DNA of 64,000 bases from assembly GCA_951406725.2 (NCBI GenBank), contig OX597828.1, positions 65,286,001-65,350,000 on the forward strand, given 5' to 3'. This document shows, one piece after another, positions 43,554 through 55,676 of the stretch; within the stretch, counting starts at the first letter, position 1, and each line of letters opens with the position of its first letter. The position numbers were made by a program, and so were the translations under genes. This DNA comes from Octopus vulgaris (taxonomy: Eukaryota). The notes under the pieces are model-generated. The model searched no databases and had not been told where the DNA came from. It worked only from the letters and a program-made list of their open reading frames with translations.

Positions 43554-43648
43554 TTTACTGACGAAGCGTGACCTATGGTAGATTAGCTTAATTTAATTTA
43601 ATTAAGCTGGTCTATCATTAAAAACGCAGAAACGATGCATCGTCTAAA
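43554..43648 (+). ncRNA. Type-I hammerhead ribozyme with long stem II, in a ~330-bp element (43446-43777) flanked by (TA)n
   Basis: ttta CTGACGA a gcgt..atggtaga ttagcttaatt..aattaagctgg tctatcat..acgc a GAAACGATGCATCGTC taaa; ACGATGCATCGT is a perfect palindrome. Confidence 0.8.
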
Positions 43649-43773
43649 AGATGAATTAGGGTAAACGTTTTTAATTTTTCACCTATTTCCGAATTACATT
43701 ACTTGGCGGTTGGAGTTATGGCTGCTCTGTCTAGTGGACGAATGGCCTGTTAAGGCCATTCCTAAATTGTTAT

Positions 43774-43832
<59 letters not shown>

Positions 43833-43835
<3 letters not shown>

Positions 43836-44213
43836 TCTTTACTCTTTTACTTGTTTCAGTCATTTGACTGTGGCCATGCTGGAGCACCGCCTTTAGTCGA
43901 GCAAATCGACCCTGGAACTTATTCTTTGTAAAACCAGTACTTATTCTATCGGTCTCTTTTGCCGAACCGCTAAGTTACGGGGACGTAAACACACCAGCAT
44001 CGGTTGTCAAGCGATGCTAGGGGGCAAACACACACACACACATACATATATACATATATACGACAGGCATCTTTCAGTTTCCGTCTACCAAATCCACTCA
44101 CAAGGCATTGGTCGGCCCGGGGCTATAGCAGAGGACACTTGACCAAGATGCCACGCAGTGGGACTGAACCCGGAACCATGTGGTTGGTTAGCAAGCTACT
44201 TACCACACAGCCA
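43833..44213 (-). mobile_element. SINE family B, near full length
   Basis: Head tggctgtgtggtaag..ggttccgggttcagtccc; tail (gtaaaaga)n. Confidence 0.9.
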
Positions 44214-44299
44214 CATACATACATACATACATACATACATACATACATACATACATACATACATACATACATACATGTATGTATGTATGTATATGTATA

Positions 44300-44975
44300 T
44301 GCCAAAACAAAATTGACTCTTTACAAATCGTTTGTCTTACCATCTCTGTTGTATTCCTGTGAAACATTGACCTGTTACGAAAAACGTCACAAATTGTTAG
44401 AGCAGTTCCACTAAAAAATCTTCGCCGAATTTTTTACACAAGACAGAGATGTTTTTGCATCAATTTACTTTAATCAACGATCTTGAAAACTCAAATGAGC
44501 TGGTCTGGCCACATTGTTCGAATGGTGGATGAAAGCACACCCAAACAGTTGTTATATGGAGAATTTGCAGAAGAGAAACGCGATCAGTGTAAACCCAAAA
44601 TGAGCTTTAAGGACTAACATGAAGTCACTTGGAATGGCTCCAAAGGCCATAGAAAACTTTGCTGCGGATTGAACTGGATGGCGAAAAAAAGTGTGAAGTG
44701 GAGTGAAAGCTTTTGAAGAAACCAGGATAGTCCATGTGAAGCTCCAAAAAAAATTAAAGAACAATGCTACGATCAACAAGAAAATGAACCCCAACCTCTT
44801 GTTTGAGTGCACAACTTTTGATAGACCATGCCTTTCTTTTGCTGGACTTAAATCTCATTTAAGAACCTTCACCAACTACTCTGCCTATCTCTCTGTCAAT
44901 GTCATGTATGCCATAAGGTTTGCAAATCTATCGGAGGGCTCAAGAGACATTTTCAGATCCACAAGGACGAGAAAT
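44300..44975 (+). mobile_element. Decayed RTE-type LINE 3' region
   Basis: TKLTLYKSFVLPSLLYSCET, WSGHIVRM..TPKQLLYGE, C2H2-like CLSFAGLKSHLR. Confidence 0.8.
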
Positions 44976-45343
44976 TAACTGCAGCTCTTGGTGCCCCAAA
45001 GCAGATATGCAATTTATGTGGTGGGTATCTTTTTAAAACTTTGTCTTATTGAAGAAGCCACATAAGTACAAGAAGTGGTGTCAGAATATATATATTCTAC
45101 TTTAATATATATATATATATATATATATAAGTATATATATATATATATATATATATATAAGTAGATAAATGGTACAACAAGGCACCAATATTTACTGGAA
45201 AATAGCAATCGATATAAATACGACGCCATTGTATAGCTTCACTGTGTATATACTAGCAAAGACGTGTGTGTGCAACAAACATGAAAAAAATTTGTCTTAC
45301 CTCTCGTAAGAACATTCGATAAATGGACAACCTAGAATCGGAT

Positions 45344-45416
45344 AATGCAGGACCGGTTTCTAACTCTTCAAATACGTTTGACAACGTAAATTTGATTAGT
45401 CTTCATCAGCTGCATT
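45344..45416 (-). ncRNA. Type-I hammerhead ribozyme with intact core
   Basis: Minus strand aatgcag CTGATGA a gact aa tcaaat ttacgtt gtca aacgta tttga ag agtt a GAAACCGGTC ctgcatt: 7-bp perfect stem I, palindromic ACCGGT, GUC cleavage triplet. Confidence 0.85.
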
Positions 45417-45643
45417 TACCTAGACAAAATTTCAAATGTTGCCACATCAATGCCAGTATACTCATCTGAACGCCAAAACGTTAACAGAACGAGAACAGTG
45501 AAGAAGTTTCAATGAAAATAATAATGTAATACAAATGTATTACTTTCCAGTAAAAGATAGCCCCATAAGGGTAAAATATACACATAAAAGTAGATAAATG
45601 GTACAAGACACCAATATTTACTGGAAAGTAGCAATCGATATAA

Positions 45644-45685
<42 letters not shown>

Positions 45686-46177
45686 CTGTGTGTATACGAG
45701 GCTATAGCAGAAGACACATGCTCGAGATGTCATGCACTGAGACAGAACCTAGAACTATGTAGTTGAAAGTAAGCTTCCTACCACTGAGCCATGCTTGCGC
45801 CTATTTGCTTACATTTTTTGTAATTTCTAATAATTCCCAAGCAGCGTTTAAATAATGTCTTAATGTTGTTAATGCCTTTGTATAGTACTCTGTTGAAACC
45901 ATAATAACATCTAACAGAGCAGTTAATAAGGGAATGTCTATATGTATTTAGAAATGTTTTGTTGCTATTGTGACATTTATACAATTGTTTATTCGTTTCC
46001 CTCATCGGTTCTTCCTTTTTTGTAGATTTATATTCTTCAGAATGTCGTTTTCATCACCGATAGTAGGTTTACTACATAAGTAGAGTTCTTTCATTGTCTA
46101 GTAAGAGTCTAGGTCAAGTTAAAATTGTGTCTATTGTCTTTTAACTATTTTTTTTAACTTAGGGGTCACATTATAAA

Positions 46178-47025
46178 TATTCTTTTACTCTTTTACTTGC
46201 TGCAGTCATTTGCCTGTGGCCATGCTGGAGTACCGTCTTTAGTCGAGCAAATATACTCCAGGACTTATTCTTTGTAAGCCTAGCACTTATTCTATCGACC
46301 TTTTTTGCCGAACCGCTTTTTGGTTTTCTTTTACGAAGCAGGTGCAATCTGGGAAGTCTTTGGCATATTAACACTTTTACTTGTGTTCTCGAATAGTCTC
46401 GTTACATTTTCTTTAGTCTCGCTTATCTCATCCATTGCACATTGTTGTTATGTTGCATAAATGTGCTCTGATTTTTTTTGCTAGTTTCTTTTATACTGAA
46501 TGAGATGAAGAATGCAATTTTACCCACATTACGTCTTTTAAAGGGGAAACTAAAATATCTCCTATCACGTGTCTTTGGAAGAAACTTTACAAAGTACAGG
46601 CTACAAAGTACAGGCTACAAAGTACATTATTGCAAGAGAAGCGCCATGCGTGTCAAAAGAGCTGCATTGATGTAAAGAAGAGCTATAGTTTTTCAGTCGT
46701 TAACAACTAAAGACAATCCCTCTCCCCAACAAAAAGAAGAAAATCGAAAGGCTTTCAATGCTGTATAATTATATGCATCGAAGTCATTGTACGCAAACTG
46801 GCGCTTCTCTTGCAATAATGTATAAAAGATGTTAAGCGACGTTGGGGGACAAACAGAGACATGCAAACACACACACACATATATACGACCGGCTTCTTTC
46901 AGTTTCCGTCTACCAAATCCACTCTATAGTAGAAGACACTTGCCCAAAGTGCCATGCAGTGGGACTGAACCCGGAACCATGTGGTTCGTAAGCAAGCCAC
47001 TTACCACCCAGCCACTCCTGCGCCT
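46178..47025 (-). mobile_element. SINE family B split by a ~510-bp patchwork insertion (46318-46829)
   Basis: SINE pieces at 46178-46317 and 46830-47025. Confidence 0.85.
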
Positions 47026-47132
47026 ATGGTAATTTTCATTACAGACACAGACTTACTGAAGGTATTAATGTTGTAGTTCACTCCTTATAGTGAAGCTTAT
47101 TAAACTTTTCTTTTTAATCTCAGCATAAAAAA

Positions 47133-47173
47133 GAATGGCCACAGCTCATGAGCTGAAACTAGAATCAATCAAT
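47133..47173 (+). mobile_element. Extreme 3' tip of the 27390-type CR1 LINE
   Basis: atggccacagctcatgagctgaaactagaatcaatcaat. Confidence 0.75.
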
Positions 47174-48823
47174 TAGTGATTAGCATAAACTTAGCAAATC
47201 CATGTCGTTTACACTGCGTTTCCTAAATTTACTCTCTAAGAAACGCTATAGGAAATGTTCTATAGCTAAATTTCATTTACTAAAGCTAATTAACGTCTTT
47301 TTATTTCATTTAGAAAAAAATTTATTTACAGATCAATATCAGCGCAAACAAATCCACGTCATTTAGCCTGTACTTTGTAAAGTTTCTTCCAAAGACACGT
47401 GATAGGAGATATTTTAGTTTCCCCTTTAAAAGACGTAATGTGGGTAAAATTGCATTCTTCATCTCATTCAGTTTAAAAGTAGCATTTAACACTAACAGAA
47501 GGAAACCCACAAATCTACACGCACGTACCTTTTCGGATTTGATCAAAGACTTTCGCGAGCAGAAAAATAGTTGAAGGAATCTTTCTGAAAACTTCGAATT
47601 ATCGAATAAATTTTTTTTTTTTTCATTTTTTGTCTTTTCTTTATTCTGTTCTGTTATTGATAGTTCTGTTGTTGATTTGACATGGCAGGTTATATAGTCT
47701 TTAACATTGGGATGTTATGTTTGCGTACAATGACTTCGATGCATATAATTATACAGCATTGAAAGCCTTTCGATTTTCTTCTTTTTGTTGGGGAGAGGGA
47801 TTGTCTCTAGTTGTTAACGACTGAACAACTATAGCTCTTCTTTACATCAATGCAGCTCTTTTGACACGCATGGCGCTTCTCTTGCAATAATTCTGTTATC
47901 TACAACAACCCTGATAAAGGAGTGTAGATGTTCGATATTTTCTTTACATATTGGTGATTAAAAGAGACAAATCATTGGACGGCACCTCTGCTGTTCAATG
48001 GCGGTTTTGTTTTAGAGAATTTATTTTGGTTTTCTTTTACGAAGCAGGTGCAATCTGGGAAGTCTTTGGCATATTAACACTTTTACTTGTGTTCTCGAAT
48101 AGTCTCGTTACATTTTCTTTAGTCTCGCTTATCTCATCCATTGCACATTGTTGTTATGTTGCATAATTGTGCTCTGATTTTTTTTGCTAGTTTCTTTTTG
48201 TTATTTGTGTATTGTTCTCTTTGTTTTGATTCTTATTCTTCTTCAAAATGGTTTACTATGTGATTCCAATAGTTTCCATGAGTTTGTAGTGCGGACTTGT
48301 TGTCTGAGGATCAAGAGATATGGACTGAGAGTATTGTGTTTCCTGCAGTGCGCATACATCTTGACATTGCTATGAATTTTCATTGATATTTTCCAAGTTA
48401 TTCACCGATGTTTTCAGCTTCCCGGCCCTTACTACTCAACCGAGAAAGGCCAGATAATTTCCCTCAATGTCATATTTTCTTTCGACTTTGATTTGGTGAG
48501 CATGATGAAGAAGTGAAATTACTCGCCTAGAACCGTTTCCATTGATACAATCAGAGCTATTTAATAAGTTTGTTTAGGTTACTTTCTTCTGAAAGTATTT
48601 CTGGCCCTAGATATACTTGGTTATTATTTTTCAACATCGTTTATGTATTCTTGTCTTTGGAAAGCGTTAATTTGATCTGACTGAAATAATTGTAGTTATT
48701 TTTATAATGTGATGTATTATTTCTTTTAGATTTTCTTTGCGATGGTCTGTGCCTATTCTCGTTTGGGCTACGTATTATGCTTAACGTTGGATATTTAAAT
48801 GATTATCACATTAAGCTACATAT

Positions 48824-48985
48824 AAAACTTAAAACTTAGATACGTTTCGACCTAAGATTGGTCCAGACCATGTCTAACTTAATAGCATCACCTGATAGGA
48901 TTATCTAAATTGAAGTAGTGAGTTCTTCTTGAGTTAGTTGTATCCAGGTATGGGTTACTTATCCGGTATATCAGAAATATTTTAG
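48824..48985 (-). mobile_element. LINE 3' end of the 6391-6827 family
   Basis: ccatgtctaacttaatagcatcacctg is the reverse complement of ~6757-6783. Confidence 0.75.
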
Positions 48986-49324
48986 CAGTAATATATATTT
49001 AAATGGGCTTACACATTTCTTACGCACATGCTTACATACATACATACACACATTTATATGTATACATATATGCACACACGTGTATTTTTCTCATGCGTAT
49101 AAATGTAAAGTATGCAAACACGTATACATGCACGCTTGTGTGTGTGGGGGCGTAGATTCATTTACTATTCCACTGATGTCAGTCAGTAGATTGCTGCCAT
49201 ACTTTGGTAACATATTCAATAGATTTTAGTAGACTCTATTGATCCCAGGAACTTGAGACTTATTTCAGCGATTGTTAAAGTTCACACGATAAGAGATTTG
49301 ATGAAATACATAATTAGTGTAAAG

Positions 49325-49715
49325 TTAAGCATCGATGTCTTGCAACCACGTGGTTTCGAGTTCCCTTCCACTGCGGGGTATCTTGGGCATGGGTCTTCTA
49401 ATATACTCCTGTGTTGATCAAAGCCTTGTGAATGAACTTAGTAGACGGAAACTCTATGAAAACCCGTCGTATATATGTGTGTGTGTGTGTGTATGTGAGT
49501 GTGTCTAGGCATATGTGCGTGTGTATCTTTGTGTTCGTCCCCTACTACCGATTAACAACTGATGTTGGTTTGTTTACGTCACTGTAAGCTAGAAGTATGG
49601 CAAAAGGAAATAAGAATAAGTACCGGATTTCAAAATAACTCCAGGGATCTATACATTCAACTAAACCCTTCAAGACAGTCCCATAGCACGACCGCAGTCC
49701 AGTGACTGAAATAAG
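49325..49715 (+). mobile_element. Diverged SINE family B
   Basis: Collinear similarity to family B. Confidence 0.7.
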
Positions 49716-49724
49716 AAAAATATA

Positions 49725-49943
49725 TATTTCTTTACTGCTCACATAGAGGGGACAAACAAGGACAGACAAACGGATTAAGTCGATTACTTCGACCCCAATG
49801 CGAAACTGGTACTTTATCGATCCCGAAAGGATGAAAGGCAAAGTCTACCTCGGCGGAATTTGAACTCAGAACGTAACGACAGACGAAATACCGCTAAGCA
49901 TTACGCCCGGCGTGCTAATGCTTCTGCCAGCTCGCCGCACTAC
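49725..49943 (-). mobile_element. SINE family A, 16-bp TSD aaataagaaaaatata
   Basis: TSD at ~49709 and ~49944. Confidence 0.9.
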
Positions 49944-49971
49944 AAATAAGAAAAATATAGACAAAAGGCAA

Positions 49972-49995
49972 TAACCCTAACCCTAACCCTAACCC
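49972..49995. repeat. Interstitial telomeric repeat (TAACCC)4
   Basis: Direct reading. Confidence 0.85.
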
Positions 49996-50029
49996 TTTAT
50001 CTAAGAATAAAACAGAATGCGTATTTTGA

Positions 50030-50328
50030 AGTCATTAAGGAGCGTGGTTCACGATCGTAAGGTTATGAGTTCGATTTCCGGCGGGGCGTTATGTTCTTTA
50101 GCATGACACATTATTTCGCACTGCTTCAGTCCACACAACTGGAAAAAGGTGAATTATTCCTGTAATTCAAAGGGCCATCCATGTCACTTTCCGTGTCACG
50201 CTGAATCTCTCTGCGAACTACATAAATAGTGCGCGTGTCTGTGGAATACTCACCCAATTCCACAAGCAAGCCGTTCCGTTGATCGGATCAACTGGAACCC
50301 TCATCGTCGTAACCGACGGAGTGCCAGC
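50030..50328 (+). mobile_element. Additional diverged tRNA-derived SINE
   Basis: B-box gagttcgatttcc followed by a SINE-like body. Confidence 0.5.
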
Positions 50329-50888
50329 TCAGTACTCGTGGTATCACAACAACAGCTTCAGAAAATTAACTATTTTGTATTGTTTTGTAGCTATTATTTC
50401 CTCAGTGTTCTCTTTGTTATAATACATCAGCGAATTAGAATCACTATACGAGTTATCTAATGTTCTGCTGCTGCCAGTGAATCACCAAAATCCATTCAAA
50501 TCATCACTCTTTGATTAATGATCAAAACTTTATGAATTGTGTAGCTAACTCTTCTGAAATGATAGTCCAAAGCAACAAAAAGGGTAAATAGTCTTACCAA
50601 GCCACCCATGGGATTCAGAGGACTCAAAATTACCGTTCAACTACATAACGTGATTAATAAACCGTGAATACTGCGATGTGAGTAGAGTATGATATACTGT
50701 TAAGTGCATTGCTGAAATGGATAGCTAAACATTTTCAGCAGCCTATACCAAATAACAAAATTGATATTTTACTGAACTATTTTACTAATTATTACTAAAT
50801 TTAGATACTGCTGAAAGCGTGCACTTCATTTACAAGCCAAAGCAGTCAGATAAGAGAAGCTAAGAAGAAATTATTTCAAAAGTCATAT

Positions 50889-51051
50889 AGGCGCAGGTGT
50901 GGCTGAGTGGTAAGAAGCTTGCTTCCCAACCACATAGTTCCGAGTTCAGTCCGTCTGCGTGGCACCTTAGGTAAGTGTCTTCAGTTAAAGCCTCGGGTCG
51001 ACCAAAGCCTTGTGAATGGATTTGGTAGACGGAAACTGACAGAAGTCCGTC

Positions 51052-51055
<4 letters not shown>
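50889..51055 (+). mobile_element. SINE family B 5' half ending in (TA)n
   Basis: ggcgcaggtgtggctgagtggtaag...ggtagacggaaactg. Confidence 0.85.
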
Positions 51056-51126
<71 letters not shown>

Positions 51127-52106
51127 TATGGGGGGGGAGCCCCCGAGTATGGTCTCAGTCAGATTACTGAAGCAAGTAACAGATAAATGACATACTTTTA
51201 AACATTTTCTAATGTATAAAATATTACATAACCAGGTTTGTATAACTAAATATATTTCTAGAGATGTTTTTTCAAACACCAAAATGGGAATTACGATTCC
51301 TTAGAATTGAATTAAACCCTACAACAAATATATTTTCTTCACTTAAGCATAACTAAACCAATTGAGGTAATTAATTTAGGTGATCGAGTCTCTTTATTTC
51401 TAACTTTTTAATACTTTGCAAGGAAGCTCTTTGAGTACGAGACCTAATTGCAGCTGGAGAAAAGCCTAGAAGGAATTTAAAAAAGAACGTTATACGGCAA
51501 AACTAAATACAAATTAGAATGAAAGTGCTAATAATATAATTACACACTAAAAGAAAAGAAAACGAATTTTATTTTTGTTTTAGTAAGCAGATATTTGGAA
51601 TTCATTTTCTTGTTGTGAAAAAAATTCTCTCTGCTAATTAACTAGTCACTTCAATTCACCAAGATACTGTAAATGAAATAACATTGTTTGAAGTCTAACG
51701 TACAAAATTCATTGATATGCGGGTTCAAATACAGGATTTTCGCCGGTTTATTCCTAGCTTGCAAAAACTTTCAAATGAATTCCCGAAGAGTTCAGAAACC
51801 TGTTTTGAAAAATAATCTAAACCAACACCTGCTGTGCAAATCCCTATCTTCTTCCCTCATCTCATTGAAATTAGCTCCAACCTTGACTTATTATCACTTA
51901 ATAACTCACAAACTACATACCTTATTTCTCTCCTAAATACAAATCTTTCATCACAATCAGTTCAGGCTACGGTCTCTACTAAATTTACTATGGACTATGA
52001 TGTCTGCATAACTAGATTCTACTCTCAGCGCAACTCACTCACCACACCTCGATATTAGTAAAAGTCATTCAGATTCTAAGTCTCCCTCACTCTTCCAAAT
52101 ATACCT

Positions 52107-52334
52107 ATTTATTTACTACCCACAAAGGGCTAAACACAGAGAGGACAAACAAGGACAGACAAACTGATTAAGTCGATTATATCGACCCCAGTGCGTAACT
52201 GGTACTTATTTAATCGACCCCGAAAGGATGAAAGGCAAATTCTACCTCGGCGGAATTTGAACTCATAATACAGCAACAGACGAAATACAGCTAAGCATTT
52301 CGCCCGACGCGCTAACGTTCTGCCAGCTCGCCGC
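52107..52334 (-). mobile_element. SINE family A, 15-bp TSD cttccaaatatacct
   Basis: TSD at 52092 and 52335. Confidence 0.9.
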
Positions 52335-53937
52335 CTTCCAAATATACCTGCTTCGTATTATGTTCTCTGAACTATTTCAACTATCAGCACATCTTCAAAC
52401 ATAATTCTTCTTTCACGGAAGGCACACATTCCGATATAATCTTCTCTGAACCAATCCTCTTAAACATGCCCCTCTACAAATCACACACAACTATAAGTCC
52501 ACAGTTGGGTTATCTCATAGCTTCTCGGAATTAGTACAGGTAAAGAACTCAACTTTCAACGCTTCAAGAAAAATGACCAAGCTTTATAAACTGAACAGCT
52601 TTTATTCAGACCTACAACTCTTGCAAGATCATCATCTTAACCACCAAATATGCCTCGGTGAGTTTTACAATCAGCAAGCACTCGAGCAAATGACACCCTT
52701 CTTCATTCCTTTAACCTACCTCACCCAGTCATCCTTCATATGCAACAGGGATACCTCTCACCAAATTTATATCAATACAAAGCATAATTTCGTGCAACCA
52801 TACCATCTTCTCTTGCCTTCTTTAACAGCTAAGAAATACTAAAACTACAAGCATCAAGAAAACATGAAAACATACCTACTAATCATTAAAGCATAAACGT
52901 AACAGCAAGCATCTACAATCCCCACAGCTTCTACAAAAGTTATACCTCACAATTCACTGTGGATTTTCTCTGGCAGAAACACTTTCTCAAACTGCATCAC
53001 AAATTTCAACATTCATCTTCAGAAAGTATTTTGTATATAAAGCCCAACAACAACTAACTTACAAAGTTCAGTGAAGACTAACAACCAGTGGATTACTTCC
53101 CAATAATCTGAACGGAGTTATCACTACACACTTTCAGAGACATCTTCCAATGCTACCAAAGAAACACCAATGCACTGGTCAACATGACGTAACTCCTCAG
53201 GAATTTCAGCCTCTGGCCTATACACATGCTTTCATTTTTCTGTCTCTTTTACAGTGGGCTTGCCGACGGGGAACTGGTGATCTCATTTTACCTCTTCTCA
53301 GGCACCCCCTAATCAGTCCTCTTCTTGACTCCATACTGTGTCATTTTCCCCAATACCAAGAATGTCAATCGCCTGGGAGCCTTCTTCACTGAACTTGTTT
53401 TTCCAGCAGCCGACGTCGTACAATTATTCGAGAGGAACGTGGACCACATAAACATCACAGATCTTAGACAAACCGAGAAGGTTAACCAAACCAATCCTAT
53501 GAAAGAAAAATCCTAACAATAAGAGTGTTAAAGAAATTCATGCAATGCGATTAATATAAGCGAACATTAACTTAAATAAAGAGACTAAACACCTCGACAA
53601 CAATTCAATAGTTTGACAATATCATAAAGACGTGAATATTTAATCAAACTTTAGAGATGTTCCGGAAACAAGTCCGCTGCTATGTTCACATGCAAGAATA
53701 AAGCATTTAAGAATGTTAATCAATCCGATAGAAATACAGTGTACCTGTAAATATTATCCAAAACTTTTACAACCACAAGTACACTCAGACACATGTATAT
53801 ATAGATACACACATACATGCGTATGTATACATATATTATATACACAAATATACATTTAGGTATCTGCATATTTATATATGTATATTTATATATATGCACA
53901 CACATATATAATATAATATAATATATATATATATATA

Positions 53938-54340
53938 TACTCTTTTACTCTTTTACCTGTTTCAGTCATTTGACTGCGGCCATGCTGGAGCACCGCCTTT
54001 TGTCGAGCAAATCGACCCCGGGACTTATTCTTTGTAAGCCCAGTACTTATTCTATCGGTCTTTTTTGCTGAACCGCTAAGTGATGAGATGTAAACACACC
54101 AGCATTGGTTGTCAAGCAATGCTAGGGGGACAAACACAGACACACAAACACACACACACATACAGATATAGACATATACATATATACGACAGGCTTCTTT
54201 CAGTTTCCGTCTACCAAATCCACTCACAAGGCATTGGTCGGCCCGGGGCTATAGCAGAAGACACTTGCCCAAGATGCCACGCAGTGGGACTGAACCCGGA
54301 ACCATGTGGTTGGTTAGCAAGCTACTTACCACACAGCCAC
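53938..54340 (-). mobile_element. SINE family B, near full length
   Basis: Near-identical to 43833-44213. Confidence 0.9.
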
Positions 54341-54347
54341 ACACACA

Positions 54348-55575
54348 CACACATGACAGAAGTATAGACACACTAATAATCATGAAAATGTATTTAAATC
54401 TGAAATTACACATTCAAAGTATTTATTAATTGTCATTATGTGAATATTTGATATTTAGTAGACAATCCCATTGCATTTTTCAATGCAAGGACCCTATCGG
54501 GTATGTTACTGATCTGATGACGGATATTCTCTTGCAGAATTTCTTGCCAAGTTTCATGCAGTAATCTCAAAAGATCTGGCTTTGAAGATGGCTTCTTGTT
54601 CTTTTTATGAAGTGTCCTGTCCTTTATGTCCCAGAGGTGTTCAATAGGGTTCATATCTGATGACAGGCTTGGCTATGTAAGGTTTTTAATGCCATTCTCA
54701 TCCAACAAACCTTGGGCCATTTTAGCCATGTGACAAGGAGCCCCGTCTTCCATAAATAAAAAGTCTTCTTTTATCATTTCCCCACTGGAGAAGATTGGAA
54801 GGAGTCCCTTTTGCAATATGGACACATATTTATCTGAGTTTATGTTTTTCTCACACTCCACCAGCTGTGATCAATCATTGCTCCAAATCGTTCTCCGCAC
54901 CCTCACCAAATAGCTGCCGTGCCGTGTTTTATTGTTGGCTGCAATCAAATTCTTGATCACAGAGTCTCCAGACACACACTCGACTACTGTCAGGAAATAC
55001 AGCAAATCTGGTCTCATCAGAGAATGTGAGAGTGTCCGGAAATGTTAGAGGCCTTTCCACCATTTCACTGGCCCAATCTTTTCTGATGTTGGCTGGTCGA
55101 AGAAGTAGCTTTCTTCTTACTGCTTTGCCAAAGTAACCAAGTTTGTGGAGATACCTCACAGCTGTTCTGAAACTGATGTCAACTTGTTCTGCTATGTCAA
55201 TAAGGACTGTCCTCCATATTTCTCTTAACAAAGAGATGGGTCTTGTCAGAGGGCCCTGGTTGAATTGGGCGAGGTGATGTGGACTCCTTCCCCTCCCTGG
55301 TGAATTTCACAACCATTCTATTAACTGTAGAAAGCGTGATCCCAAGATTTCTGCGATTTTATGCTGACAATACCCACCTTCAGAATGACCCATAATACGG
55401 CCTCTTTGAAATTCAGACAGTTCTAAGGTTTCTTTTCTACATGGCATGATTAAATAGTCACATATAGAATCTGAGACATGAAAATGTCAACTAATAAAAA
55501 ATATAAGCCTTTACATGTTTGAATAAACATATAACAATGCTTTATAGGGTGCCTATTTATTTCTGTCACGTCTAT
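54348..55575 (-). mobile_element. Decayed Tc1/mariner DNA transposon
   Basis: Transposase pieces ELSEFQRGRI, FSDETRF, FMEDGAPCH, DMNPIEHLW; imperfect TIRs acatgacagaagtatagacac / gtgcctatttatttctgtcacgt. Confidence 0.85.
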
Positions 55576-55606
55576 ACATACATACATACATACATACATA
55601 CATACA

Positions 55607-55676
<70 letters not shown>

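Noticed and set aside
48530-48595. Possible minus-strand HHR (CAGAAGA...GAAACGGTT) in a decayed PLE-like region
   Set aside because: Core mutated and stems not supportable.
51700-53200. Possible very old LINE on the + strand
   Set aside because: Only faint hints; no motif I can support.
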